Positions 1 to 19,067 of a stretch of 64,000 nucleotides of DNA are shown one piece after another. Source of the DNA: Antedon mediterranea. Taxonomy: Eukaryota; Animalia; Echinodermata. Location: contig NC_092676.1 of assembly GCF_964355755.1 (NCBI RefSeq), positions 30,460,871-30,524,870 of the forward strand. The letters are read 5' to 3'. The position numbers were made by a program, and so were the translations under genes. Each line of letters opens with the position of its first letter. Position 1 is the stretch's first letter. The notes beneath the pieces were generated by a model, which was not told where the DNA came from, searched no databases, and saw nothing but the letters and a program-made list of their open reading frames with translations.

Positions 1-116
1 AAGTTCAAATTAGGTGAATTAATATACATTTTATTTTTGTTTAGAGTACAGTACAGCACTTGGTAAACTTATATTGCAAATTAAGTACTGTACTGTATAT
101 ATGTGTTTTATTTTAG

Positions 117-572
117 TGAAACCAAAGCCTAGGTCTGTTAAGCTACCAGATTATAATGAAGCTCTAAAGGAAAGAATGGAAAACATGGTCAAACGTGTAA
201 GTTTAGTATTTTTAATTATACCTTATATTCAAAATAAATATATATTATATATACAGCTTGAGTATACGTCATTATTATACTCTATTCATAATGTTTGTTT
301 AATCAATCAGATTGAAGCATTAGAAAGTTGTGCACCAGAATTGAGAAATAAAAGGCAGGATAAGATTGATAAGGTAAGATTATAAGACAATTATAATTGA
401 CTCATAAAAAGTAATAAAAAGTGCTCAAATGATAGTTTTAAAAAAAATATAATTATTGTGTTTTTAGGAAGTGAACGAACTAAATGAAAAAATGAAATTC
501 TTGAACAAAAGGATGAGTGAAGCTGAACAAGTACAATGGAAAGGCATGTTCAAACGGCATCCACTCTGGTGA
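117..572 (+). CDS. 3' exons of an unidentified coiled-coil protein gene (starts before the window)
   Basis: In-frame GT-AG exons 117-196 (VKPKPRSVKLPDYNEALKERMENMVKR), 311-373 (IEALESCAPELRNKRQDKIDK) and 468-572 (EVNELNEKMKFLNKRMSEAEQVQWKGMFKRHPLW*). A possible microexon lies at 45-62. Family not recognised. Confidence 0.7.
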
Positions 573-661
573 TGGCACTGTGACATTCACTCTGGTGATG
601 GCACTGTGACATTCACTCTGGTGATGGTACTGTGACATCCACTCTGGCGATAGCACTGTGA
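558..661 (+). repeat. 26-bp tandem repeat (~4 copies) overlapping the stop codon
   Basis: Unit cattcactctggtgatggcactgtga; the first copy encodes HPLW*. Confidence 0.85.
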
Positions 662-841
662 AATACACTGTGATGTTTTTTTTGTTTGTATAATGTAATT
701 ATTTAATATAGATTGTACCTAAATGTCTTTCATTATTAAATGTAAATCCTGTAGTATTAGTGTGTTTTCATACTAGGGTGGTTGTTGTACCTCAAAATGC
801 ACACATTTACACAACTTTTATATTTCCATTTCAAAGAATAG

Positions 842-1666
842 TAACCATAATTAAGATTGTACACTCAATCAAATAATCTATATACATGTATAGTAAATGA
901 TGGTGTATAGATTATATACATGGAACCATAATTAAGATTTTACACTCAATCAAATAATCTATATATATGTATAGTAAATGATGGTGTATAGATTATGTAC
1001 AAGGAACCATAATTAAGATTGTACACTCAATCAAATAATCTATATATATGTATATGATGGTGTATAGATTATGTACAAGGAACCATAATTAAGATTGTAC
1101 ACTCAATCAAATAATCTATATATATGTATATGATGGTGTATAGATTATGTACAAGGAACCATAATTAAGATTGTACACTCAATCAAATAATCTATAGTAA
1201 ATGATGGTGTATAGATTATGTACAAGGAACCATAATTAAGATTGTACACTCAATCAAATAATCTATAGTAAATGATGATGTATAGATTATGTACAAGGAA
1301 CCATAATTAAGATTGTACACTCAATCAAATAATCTATAGTAAATGATGGTGTATAGATTATTTACAAGGAACCATAATTAAGATTGTACACTCAATCAAA
1401 TAATCTATATAGATGTATATGATGGTGTATAGATTATGTACAAGGAACCATAATTAAGATTGTACACTCAATCAAATAATCTATAGTAAATGATGGTGTA
1501 TAGATTATGTACAAGGAATCATAATTAAGATTGTACACTCAATCAAATAATCTATAGTAAATGATGGTGTATAGATTATGTACAAGGAACCATAATTAAG
1601 ATTGTACACTCAATCAAATAATCTATATACATGTATAGTAAATGATGGTGTATAGATTATGTACAA
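842..1666. repeat. Minisatellite, ~64-80 bp unit, ~12 copies
   Basis: Unit aaccataattaagattgtacactcaatcaaataatctat...atgatggtgtatagattatgtacaagg, with an internal inverted pair ataatctata/tatagattat. Confidence 0.95.
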
Positions 1667-1670
1667 GTTG

Positions 1671-2242
1671 TAACCAGGTTTGATCTCCAGATTTATTGCA
1701 CGTTTTATACACACATACGCAACCGTGAGAAATCTCAAGAGAAAACTTTGTTTGTTTGTTTGTTTGTTTTATCTTTATACTGGGTGACCTCTTCAGTCAA
1801 AGACTGATCTCCCAGAGGGTCCAGTTGGTGATCAGTGGCTGTGATGTACTAATACACCGGGGTAACCCCCTACTCGTCTCGAAAGATGTACTAGGTTCTT
1901 TAAAGTGCACACGAGCAAGTTGTGTACACTGGACCTACGGTTTATAGTCCTTATCCGAGAAGACTCGTTCTACCACCAGAACCATGAAGTGATTGAGCCT
2001 CGAACCCCTGCCGATGTTATAGCTACGTGATTACGGTTCCACTGTCTTAACCGCTCGGCCACTCACTCACTCATAGTGATGCTATTTGATCACTACGATT
2101 GGTCACTTTAATTCCCGGTCAACACATGCGCGCGTGCAGTAACATCTCGGGACATCTCAGAACAAAAGTCCTCTCATTTGGTCTTTTTTGAAATCTCAGG
2201 AGATTTTCCACAAATTGTCTTCACACTATGCAAACCTGGTTA
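1671..2242. mobile_element. Putative MITE interrupted by a SINE
   Basis: Inverted termini taaccaggtttg (1671) and caaacctggtta (ends 2242); a SINE lies between them. Confidence 0.5.
1748..2072 (-). mobile_element. tRNA-derived SINE with Deu/Nin-like central domain
   Basis: The minus strand has an A box tggccgagcggttaa, a B box ggttcgaggct and a (CAAA)n tail. The central ggacctacggtttatagtccttatccgagaagac resembles the Deu domain. A near-identical second copy lies at 39463-39710. Confidence 0.85.
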
Positions 2243-2728
2243 GAAGTTACTTTTTGCAGATGTGAAAGATGCTCTTGGTAAACGTTATCACTATTAGAAG
2301 TATACTGCTGTCAGAATATTTTAAAACAATAGGATGGTTACATTACAATTAACATAAGCTTTTCAGTCTAAAGTTTTGATTGACTTGATAATTGGAACAT
2401 TTCTTTGTGTCTTCTCTTTTCACTGCATTTTTCATTTTTTTCTTTTTATTTATATAGGTTTTTTTTAAGTAGAATTTACAGTGATAAAAAGAATGGATCT
2501 GAAATAGAGCCAAATTAAATGACAATTTGGGGAATTGTGTTCAAAGGTGCTGTAAATGTAGAATGTGTAATATTTAAATACTGTATGCATGTAGACATTT
2601 TAGAAATATATTTGTTGTGTTTTTGTTTGCGATTAATAAAAGATATATTTAAATGTTTTAAGGAATACCATTTTACATATTACAGTATTTTGAAAGTATA
2701 TCATTGTATAAAAAAGTCACTTTGGCCC

Positions 2729-3790
2729 ATGATATTGTTGATGGTGACGTTGTTGATGTTGAGGATGTTGTTAATGATGATGACGATATTGATGATGAGG
2801 ATAACGACGATGTTGTTGATGATGACGTTTTTGATGATGATGTTGGTGATAGGATATAATGATGTTGATGATGATGTTGGTGTTGATGACGATGATGATG
2901 ATGGTGTTGATAATGATGATGGTGTTGATGACGATGTTGATGACGATGATGGTGTTGATGACGATGATGGTGTTGGTAATGATGATGTTTATGATGATGA
3001 TGGTGTTGATGACGATGATGATGTTGGTTGAGGATGATGTTGACGATGACGATCGTTGATGATGACGATAGTGATGATGATAATCATGATGGTGTTGATG
3101 ATGTTGATGACGATGAAGGTTTTGATGATGAAGTTGGTGATGATGATGTTGTTAATGATAACGATGATGATGCTGGTGATAGGATATATGATGTTGATAA
3201 TGATGGTGTTGATGACGATGATGATGGTGTTGATGATGATGATGGTGTTGATGACGATGATGATGATGGTGTTGATGACGATGATGATGGTGTTGATGAT
3301 GATGATGGTGTTGATGATGATGATAGTGTTGATGACGATGATGATGGTGTTGATGACGATGATGATGGTGTTGATGATGATGATGGTGTTGATGACGATG
3401 ATGATGATGGTGTTGATGACAATGTTGTTGATGATGATGGTGTTGATGACGATAATGGTGTTGATAATGATGATGATGTTGATAATGATGATGGTGTTGA
3501 TGACGATGTATGATGATGGTGTTGATGACGATGTTGATTATGATGTTGATTGATGATGATGGTGTTGATGATGATGTTGACGATGTTGATGATGACGATG
3601 GTGATGATGATGATGAGGGTGTTGATGATGATGTTGGTGATGAGGATGCATGATGATGGTGTTGATGACGATAATGTTGATGATGACGATGTTGATGTTG
3701 ATGATGATGAGGGTGTTGATGACGATGTTGTTGATGAGAGTATTGATGACGATGTTGATGATGAGGGTGACGATGATGATGATGATGATG
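2729..3790. repeat. Degenerate (GAT)n/(GTT,GAC) trinucleotide low-complexity tract
   Basis: ~1.06 kb of gat/gtt/gac/ggt triplets with register shifts and stops in all frames. Confidence 0.95.
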
Positions 3791-4279
3791 TAATGGGGTA
3801 TTGATCCGACTCAATCAATAATAATCGTAATAGTGGCCTTGCGTATGTCTGGTATATTAAGCATTTATTTAATATACTAGACATACGCAATCAAACAATC
3901 CTTTGATTAAATTTCTATCAATTCTCTCTCAGTATATAATAGTTTCCCTATCTTTCATTTGGGCAGGTCCGTTAGAGTTAGTTTCCCACGATACAGAGTC
4001 AGTGGTACGAAATCATTTTCTCTTATACCTAGAAAAATATGAAAAGCCCAAAATAAATAAATGTAGGAAAGTGAATAAGTTAGACCTACATAATTAAAGT
4101 AGGATCGATATCCGGTTTTATTGGGAACACGGTTTCGGTTCCGACTTGTCTGACACATCAGTATAATTGTCAACAATAGATCGGAAGATGGTATATTAGT
4201 CATAACCAAAATCTTTGCTAGATCATCAAACAGTGTAACTAAAAAAAAATCGTCCGCCATATTTCACCACCAATAAACA

Positions 4280-7200
4280 ATGAGAATGATAATTAATGAT
4301 ATCGTTTTTGTTGTATTATTTACTGTGAAATTTATTAGCTGTGCAGGTAAGTTTTTATCTTTCTTTAAGCCCTGATGTAGTGTTGTAAACAACATTTATA
4401 GATCATACGGAAAACAGCCGATGACATAACATTATTTAGATCTTTTAGATCCACCAAAAGAAGGAGATGTCCGCCTGGTTGATGGCACTAATAAGTCGAT
4501 AGTATCAGAAGGACGAGTTGACGTGTACTTAGATGGACAATGGGGGACAATATGTGACGATGGATGGGATATATTTGATGCAAATATTGTTTGTGTTCAA
4601 CTTGGTTTTGACTCTGCAAGATCAGTGCAGTCGATCAACGCGTATCCTTCGGGAGAACATTTACCAATTCATCTTAAAGATGTGTTTTGTATTGGATACG
4701 AAGATAATTTAAGTAGTTGTGAATTTAGAAGAAGAAATTTAAAGTGTGAACATTCTGAAGATTCAGCACTTGTCTGTAACAGTAAGTTGTAAGCCGTACA
4801 GGAGCAAAACAAATATCCAATTGGGCAGGCTGCTTTTACTTTTAAAATGTATTAAGTACAAGTATGCATTGTTGACCACACATTTATTATATTGATGATC
4901 CATCTTTATCATATTAATATAGCACTTCGTCTACGTGGTGGTGTAAGTGATGCAGTTGGTCAAGTAGAGGTGTTGTTGCCACAACCCGCTCCGTTCTGTC
5001 AAGACTACTTTAATGTAACATCAGCGTATCAAGTAGGTTTACTTAAGTATAAATCATTTGCCTCTCACTCTCACATCAATTCGAAATCATTGTTCTATTA
5101 TTCGACAATTTCGGAGCGTCACAGATTGTCTTCTTCAAGTTTCTGAATTTAATTATTTTCAGGTATGCTTTGATCTCGGATACTCGGGTTTAGAGGAATT
5201 CAATCGTTACAATAAGACGGAGTTGACGTCATCATTAAGACCTGTTACAACTGACTGTATAACGTCATTAAGTAATGAACTATGTGGTGATGTCACAAAG
5301 TGCCCATCACTGCTGTATGCTTCTGTAAATTGTAGTGTTGGTAAGTATCTAAAATATAACATGCCCTTTAGTAGTATCGTGGTACGTACGTGCTTAAAGT
5401 ATAGAATATGAAATATATATACAATTTGTTTGCAGCACCTGTTCGAATTATACCGGTTGGAGACAATCCTTTAGAAGGACGACTTGAAGTACTGGTAGAC
5501 GACTCTTGGGGCTCTGTTTGCAGTGATGTATGGAACAATAAATCGGCGGCCGTTGCGTGTCGACAACTTGGAAACTTTGCGCTCAAACCAGTAAATCAGT
5601 TAAGGTATTAATGCATGGGTACCATATACTGTATAAGAAATGTGCTTACGTGTTAGCTCATCATTACATTGATTTACTGACTATTGTAATCAAGTACACG
5701 CTATTTTGTAGGCACGTGTTTTATTTTGTATTGAGTCGTTTTCTAATAAATGCAGATGCTGTGGGGAAGTGGGTATAAACAGCAGAATTGTGTTTAACAG
5801 TCTCAGTTGCATTGGCAATGAAGAACACATTGAACGATGCCCAATAAAAAACAAAACCAGTGAATCTTGTGCAATGCAACATAATGTTGGAATGGTTTGT
5901 ACAGGTATGTAGATCTCGTCATCTTTTAGTAAGTTTCTTTTATTCATCCATAAGAAAATAAAGTAAAAATCATAAAAACATCAATATATAATTACAGAGT
6001 GAATGGACAAAAAGGAAGGAGAGAAAGGCAACTACATGTCTGTCGAACTCAGCTTCGATTTCTTTTAGAAGTGAATCATGTATCAAAGTACATAGTATAA
6101 ATCTAATAAAAAGTGAAATATCTAAGATAACATAATAAAAGTTGTTGATGAGAATTACATATTAAACACAAAATATTTGACTTTAGTTTTAAAAGGTTTC
6201 CTATAATCAATTTCTCCGTGAAGTTAATCAAAGTTTGATGATGCCTGTTTAATATAGATACTCGTCTGGTTGGTGGTAGACCTGGTTTTCCAGAAGGCCG
6301 TGTAGAGATTGTGTCTAGACGACAGTGGGGAAGTATCTGTGCCGACACATGGACTATAATGAATGCTAATGTCGTTTGTAATCAACTTTATGAAGTCGCA
6401 GCCTATGGCATTGGAGACTTTGGAAGAGGTTCTGACCGAACGTTACTTTCTAAGGTTGACTGTGTTGGGGATGAATCCAGCCTTACAGAATGTTCTCATT
6501 TAGCATCCATTAATACAAGCAGCAGTGATATTTGTACTACCAACCAACATGCTGGAGTTATCTGCCAAGGTGAAACAGTTACTAATTATATATTAATAAT
6601 TAAAAGTTGATACCCAAACCAATTTCTATCTATAGATTACAGTATTGCATGGCGAATAGACAGTAAAAAAGAGACATAAAGTAGAGATGAGAAACTGTCG
6701 ACGTTTTAGTTCTTTATGTTAGGCCTACAACCAAACGTCGAGACGTTCTCAACTCAAGGAAGCACAAACCTTTAGTATCGTTGGATTGCTTTAAAAAAGG
6801 GTATACAATGTATATATAGATATATTATTAACATTGATCGTTCAATATGTTATAGATGTTAGACTACAGAGTAGTACTAATAGTGCAAATGAGGGTCGAG
6901 TTGAGGTATTGGTAGACGGAAAATGGGGAAGTATCTGCGGGATTGGATGGACCATCATAGAAGCTAAAGTAGTGTGTCGTCAGCTCGGTCATTGCTCGGC
7001 TCTGCGATCGGGTATTGGGGAACATCGTGGTACTGACCGTATGCATTGGACCACAGTCACTTGCAACGGTGACGAACATGCATTACGAGACTGCAATTAT
7101 ACTACGGGGAATGAACCGTGTTATGATTTCCATTTTGAGGCCGATTCAGTTTGTGTTGGTGAGAAAACCTTGTTTGTGCCTAATGCCTTATTGAAAATGT

Positions 7201-8545
7201 CAATGTGTTACGCAATAAAAAAAATAGATTTCCATTCTACACCCCTCCAAAAATAAGAAACACAAACCTGGATGATGGGAATTTATGTGATTACGTCTAT
7301 ACCTTTTTTAAAAATAGATTCCTGTCCAGACTTATATACAATAAATCATATTATTATTGAGTCTGAAAGAAAAACATTTAAACCTGGTGATAGCATTCGA
7401 CTGCGCTGTGAAGCTAAGTTTGTACTTGTGGGATCTCCAGAAATAACTTGCCTTCATGGATGCAAGTGGAATCAAGATATCCCATTTTGTTCACCATTAG
7501 CAAATGGTAAAGGTAACTCGATTATTATGATATCTTAATAACATGGTCGTATGCTCACCTCTTCATTTTTCACCAATAGGTTAAAATGAATGCGTTTCTT
7601 AATTAACAAATTAATTTTTTTTTGTGATATTACATAATACGTACTTCAATAGTTGTTTCATCGTGTTTGTAATATACAAACATTATGATGGTTATCTACA
7701 GGCAAAAATTAAATGCGTTTCTTAATTAACAAATTAATCTCTGTTTTGTGATATTACATAATACGTACTTCAATAGTACTGTTGTTTCATCGTGTTTGTA
7801 ATATACAAACATTATGATGGATATCTACAGGCAAAAATTAACTTTTCAGAAATTCTTCTTTATTTCATGTAACTATAAAGTGAGAATAGCCCATCGAACA
7901 TAGTGACAATAGCAGCAGTATGTACTGTGATTGTTTTCATCCTTATACTATAAACATTCTTTTTTATTTCATGTATAAGGTGCGAATGACCCATCGAACA
8001 TAGTGACAATAGCAGCACCATGTACTGTGATTGTTCTCATCCTTATACTATAAACATTCTTCTTTATTTCATGTATAAGGTGCGAATGACCCATCGAACA
8101 TAGTGACAATAGCAGCACCATGTACTGTGATTGTTCTCATCCTGCTTGTTGTTGTTGCGTTTTGGATTCGAGTTATAAAACACAAGCAAGTATTATTTAC
8201 GTTTATTATAGTCCTATATTGTAAAGGTTTTTTCACTTAAATTTAATTATTTTGGTTTACTCATTAAATTGTTTTCAATTATTTTACAGAAACAACAAAA
8301 CCTGTTTAGGTGGCCATCCACGCAATCATAATAAAGCAGTTGACTTAAAATCCTCCAATATGTACGATGGACGTTCAGGGGGTACATACGAATCTATCGG
8401 ACCTCGACCGTTAATTTACTATCAAGGAATGCTGGGCGTTGACACGTCTGGTGATACAGACTCTGCCGGTTATGAAATTCCTAACGCTACGTATGGATCT
8501 GGTGATGAGGGTGGAACAACATCTTTTTGTACATTTGTATTTTAA
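4280..8545 (+). CDS. Scavenger receptor cysteine-rich (SRCR) type I membrane protein: signal peptide, 5 SRCR (2nd degenerate), 1 CCP/Sushi, TM, Tyr-motif tail
   Basis: Exons ~4280-4346, 4449-4781, 4923-5032, 5163-5340, 5436-5604, 5756-5904, 6258-6569, 6856-7158, 7318-7506, 8080-8185, 8290-8545. SRCR motifs EGRVDV..WGTICDDGW, EGRLEV..WGSVCSDVW, WGSICADTW, WGSICGIGW. Sushi C..GDSIRLRC..LVGSPEITC...W...P.C. TM IVTIAAPCTVIVLILLVVVAFWI. Confidence 0.9.
7589..7840. repeat. ~123-bp tandem duplication (2 copies) in an SRCR-gene intron
   Basis: aatgcgtttcttaattaacaaattaat...tctacaggcaaaaattaa occurs twice. Confidence 0.85.
7853..8143 (+). repeat. 100-bp tandem triplication of the acceptor and 5' part of the TM exon
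   Basis: ccatcgaacatagtgacaatagcagca..tgtactgtgattgtt.tcatcct occurs at ~7891, 7991 and 8091. Confidence 0.95.
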
Positions 8546-10100
8546 GTATTAATTAGCAACACGGCGCCTTAGTCGTGGGAGGTGTATAGGGGTTACACAA
8601 AATCAGTGGATATGATGCGTGTTACCATGGAAAATAAGTTAAGCTAACCCCCTAATACTAACTTATTTCTTCATGCTGGACCAACACGAGAGACCATTAA
8701 ATTATTAGCGTGGCCTATGCGCCGTTACATTATAATTATTATTCATTATTTTCCTGTTCATATGTATATAAAATAAATTTATAACTGGAAGCTTTTTGTA
8801 CATGAATTTCTTTTAAATTTTACATATACTTGTTTGATGTTGGATAGTTGAAACGTTTTAGCATTTGATGTGACCTATCACATATCAATGATAAATGTGA
8901 AAAAAAAAATGCAAAAAGGAGTTGATATCCAATAGTCAATCAATAGTCGATATATTTTTATTTTATCAACTTTTTAAGTATCTAAACTGTCAATTCCATG
9001 GATTTAACCTGAATCATGTCGGTCTCAACCTTCTGTATTTCCGCGTAAGAAAACCTTACTTAATTTTGATATGTGTGATTTGGTTGATTTACTTTTATAA
9101 ATCCCCAAACAAACATATAAAACACTTTCAGACTCAATTCTCACAAAATATTTTGTAAAAAGTTCCATCCAGAGCCATATACATAAAGAGTTACGACATT
9201 GGATTATAGTCACGTGATATGCAGATCAAATTGTGTCAAACTTGTCTCCATTAATGCATGTAAAGTATAGGAGCAACAAAATACTTTCAACTTTTTCTTA
9301 TATTAAAAAAAATGTAATTGCACATTTTACGATGAAATATCGATGTGCACAGCGTACAGAAGTACTTGCGCCAAAGAATATTGCGCGCGCGTGCGCTAGT
9401 ACATTATAACGTTCGATTGATTGATTTTGGAACAAAACATCCCATAACTACGTCCTATTAATAACAATTATGTAATATTTTCAATTCATAATGCATGCTT
9501 TGATGACTAAATAAAATAATAAAGTGTCGTGGATATATTTTTTAATATACTGAAAAGGGTATGAACAATATTTAAATAATAAAGGCAAATTATTACAAAT
9601 GAAATGATGAACGAGTCTCTGAATGGTAATAACGTTGGCGGCGCAGTTTGTGTAACAAACAAACAGAAAGCCCATACTGCATAAAAAGAGAGGTGAATTT
9701 GTGTGTTTTTTGTATTGGTTCATTCTTTGATGTATCCTAACTTCCATGTAGGCCCTAGCATTTATTTTTTTGTTATTATAAAAAATATATATATATTTTA
9801 ACAAATCAATACTAAATTAAAATCGGAATCTAAGCGTTATTTCATAGACAACAAAATCTAAAAATAGTGCATGAACTTTTGGAAAACGCTATACAAAAGA
9901 GACGCGCGCGCCCTCAGCGTGCGAATTCTTTGACACAAAAATGGCTTCTAATTTTCAATGTCGTAACTCTTTATGGCTCTGGTTCCATCGAATAGATATT
10001 GCCCTCTATAGTTTGAGTTATTCTTATAATTTATGACGAGTAGTGGTGTCACACATCGACACAAACAAACAAATCGCTAGTCGAATGTAAAAGTTCCAAC

Positions 10101-17181
<7,081 letters not shown>

Positions 17182-19067
17182 AGTTAAATCAGTCATAAAT
17201 AGTTTACTAGAATCTTTATGTCCTAGCGGATAGTTTTATGATATTTTATCAATTTTTTTTCAAATTATTGGAATTCCTCTTTTGAATGAATACAAAATGC
17301 AGCACTAAAAATTACGGACAAATAAAATGTGTATAGTAATAAATATATAAATTATTGTATAAATGAGTGAAAAGTGTCACCATTTCTGTAGTGCTGATCA
17401 TCTCATAGCTTGATATATATAACATTAAAGTTATTTGGCGCCAATCACAATCAATATGCTTTTGATATACATGACTATAATCATATGTGTAAATATTGAC
17501 ATTATTAATTTGTTTGTTATCTGTATTATTGTATTTTAATATATTGAGGTACTATTTTTAGTGTTCAAATGATAGATTTAAACAAAAGAAAGTCACATAG
17601 GCTGAATAATTATGAATACTTAAAGTTAAAATGCTAAATATTAAAACTTGAGAATTGGTAAATACAGTTGTAACTTATTTATTAATGATGATGATCTTTA
17701 ATAAAGTATTTAAGTGTAAAACAACCTGTGATTCAAATATTATTTTGTAAAATGTGGTCTATGTTTGATATGGCCTATATAATGTATGCAAGTCAATGTT
17801 AAATAGACATTTATTCTTGTTTGAATATTATTTTTGTGGTAAGTTAAACATTTTAATTAAATCAGAATGTCGGGTACTAATCTCATTCATTCATTAGTTA
17901 ATCTCAATATGTAATCTTTTTCTTGTTGTAAATTTAACCCAATTCCTATGTTTATATGTATCATTTTTTACTGCATAAATTTAAGTGTTGAATGTATTTA
18001 AATAAAATCTGTGTTTTTAGTATTAAATATAACATCTGGACGTTTGTTCTATTTAAATTTGTTAATTTGTGAGAGAATATTAATGTATTTGTATAAAGTG
18101 CTGTTATTATGCATGAATTGATTAAATAATAACATGCTCACAATTACAATGATTGTTTCAAATATGCAGTAAATGTGATTTAGGTTGTAGATATTGGAGA
18201 ACATTATGTTAATAGTCATTTTTGTCTGGACTTTTATTTTGTCTGGACTTTTATTTTGTCTGGACTTTTAGTAAAAATATAAATAGTACAGTAAATATAC
18301 AATATATTGTAAAATGTTTTACTTTTTGTAACAATGAGTTCTGATTTCTTGTATTACAATTGTACTATATAAATCTTAAATAATGTACTAGTAGTAATAT
18401 AACTGTTAATAGCCATTCATATTTATTTGTTTTAACACACAATGCCCCGATAGATGAAGTCATGTTTTTTTCCCTTTTTTGAGTATGTACGTACATTTAA
18501 TTATAATGACCACTTTTATCTGAAGCAGCCATTTCTTAAAATACAAAATAAATTTTTTTGAAAATGTAGGGCTATGTTTTTAAATTGAACTTAGCTGCGC
18601 AGTTACATTTTTAGTTGTAATTTGACCAAAATATCTCATAATAATTTATGCATACTTAATTGTAATTGTAATTATAGTCTTTGTTCATTAGCATTTTTAT
18701 CAATTTGATGTATTTTATTATGATTGTTTCAAAACTTATGGTCAAATGTTTTCTTTTATTTTTTTTGGTGTTAAATATATCATTAAAAAATAATTGTTTA
18801 ATATCTCTTTATTTTTTAAAGTTGTGTTCATAAAACAATTGAAAAAGAAATCCTGCTGGTCCACATGGATTTTTCCAAAAATCACCCGGAATATTTCTTT
18901 TAACTATTATCTGCTAATATTGTTATTACTGTATGTGCTATTATTTCATAGCAACAACTTACTGTATGTTGAAAAATTTGATTCATCAAAATTTATCATA
19001 TAAAAAATCCCTGTATATAGTATCAGAAATCATCCAATGGAAATTGCATTTCAAGTGTTTTTTACTT

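Noticed and set aside
1756-1947. Duplicated small ORF (also 39452-39637) suggesting a small gene family
   Set aside because: Both are antisense translations of the same SINE.
2519-3890. Asp-rich, Met-rich, His-rich and Ser-rich ORFs that resemble biomineralisation or metal-binding proteins
   Set aside because: All are translations of a (GAT)n tract with register shifts and stops. There is no signal peptide or flanking splice structure linking them to a gene.
8555-8730. Possible small MITE (acggcgc ... gcgccgt inverted pair) right after the SRCR stop
   Set aside because: The inverted match is too short and no TSD could be defined.
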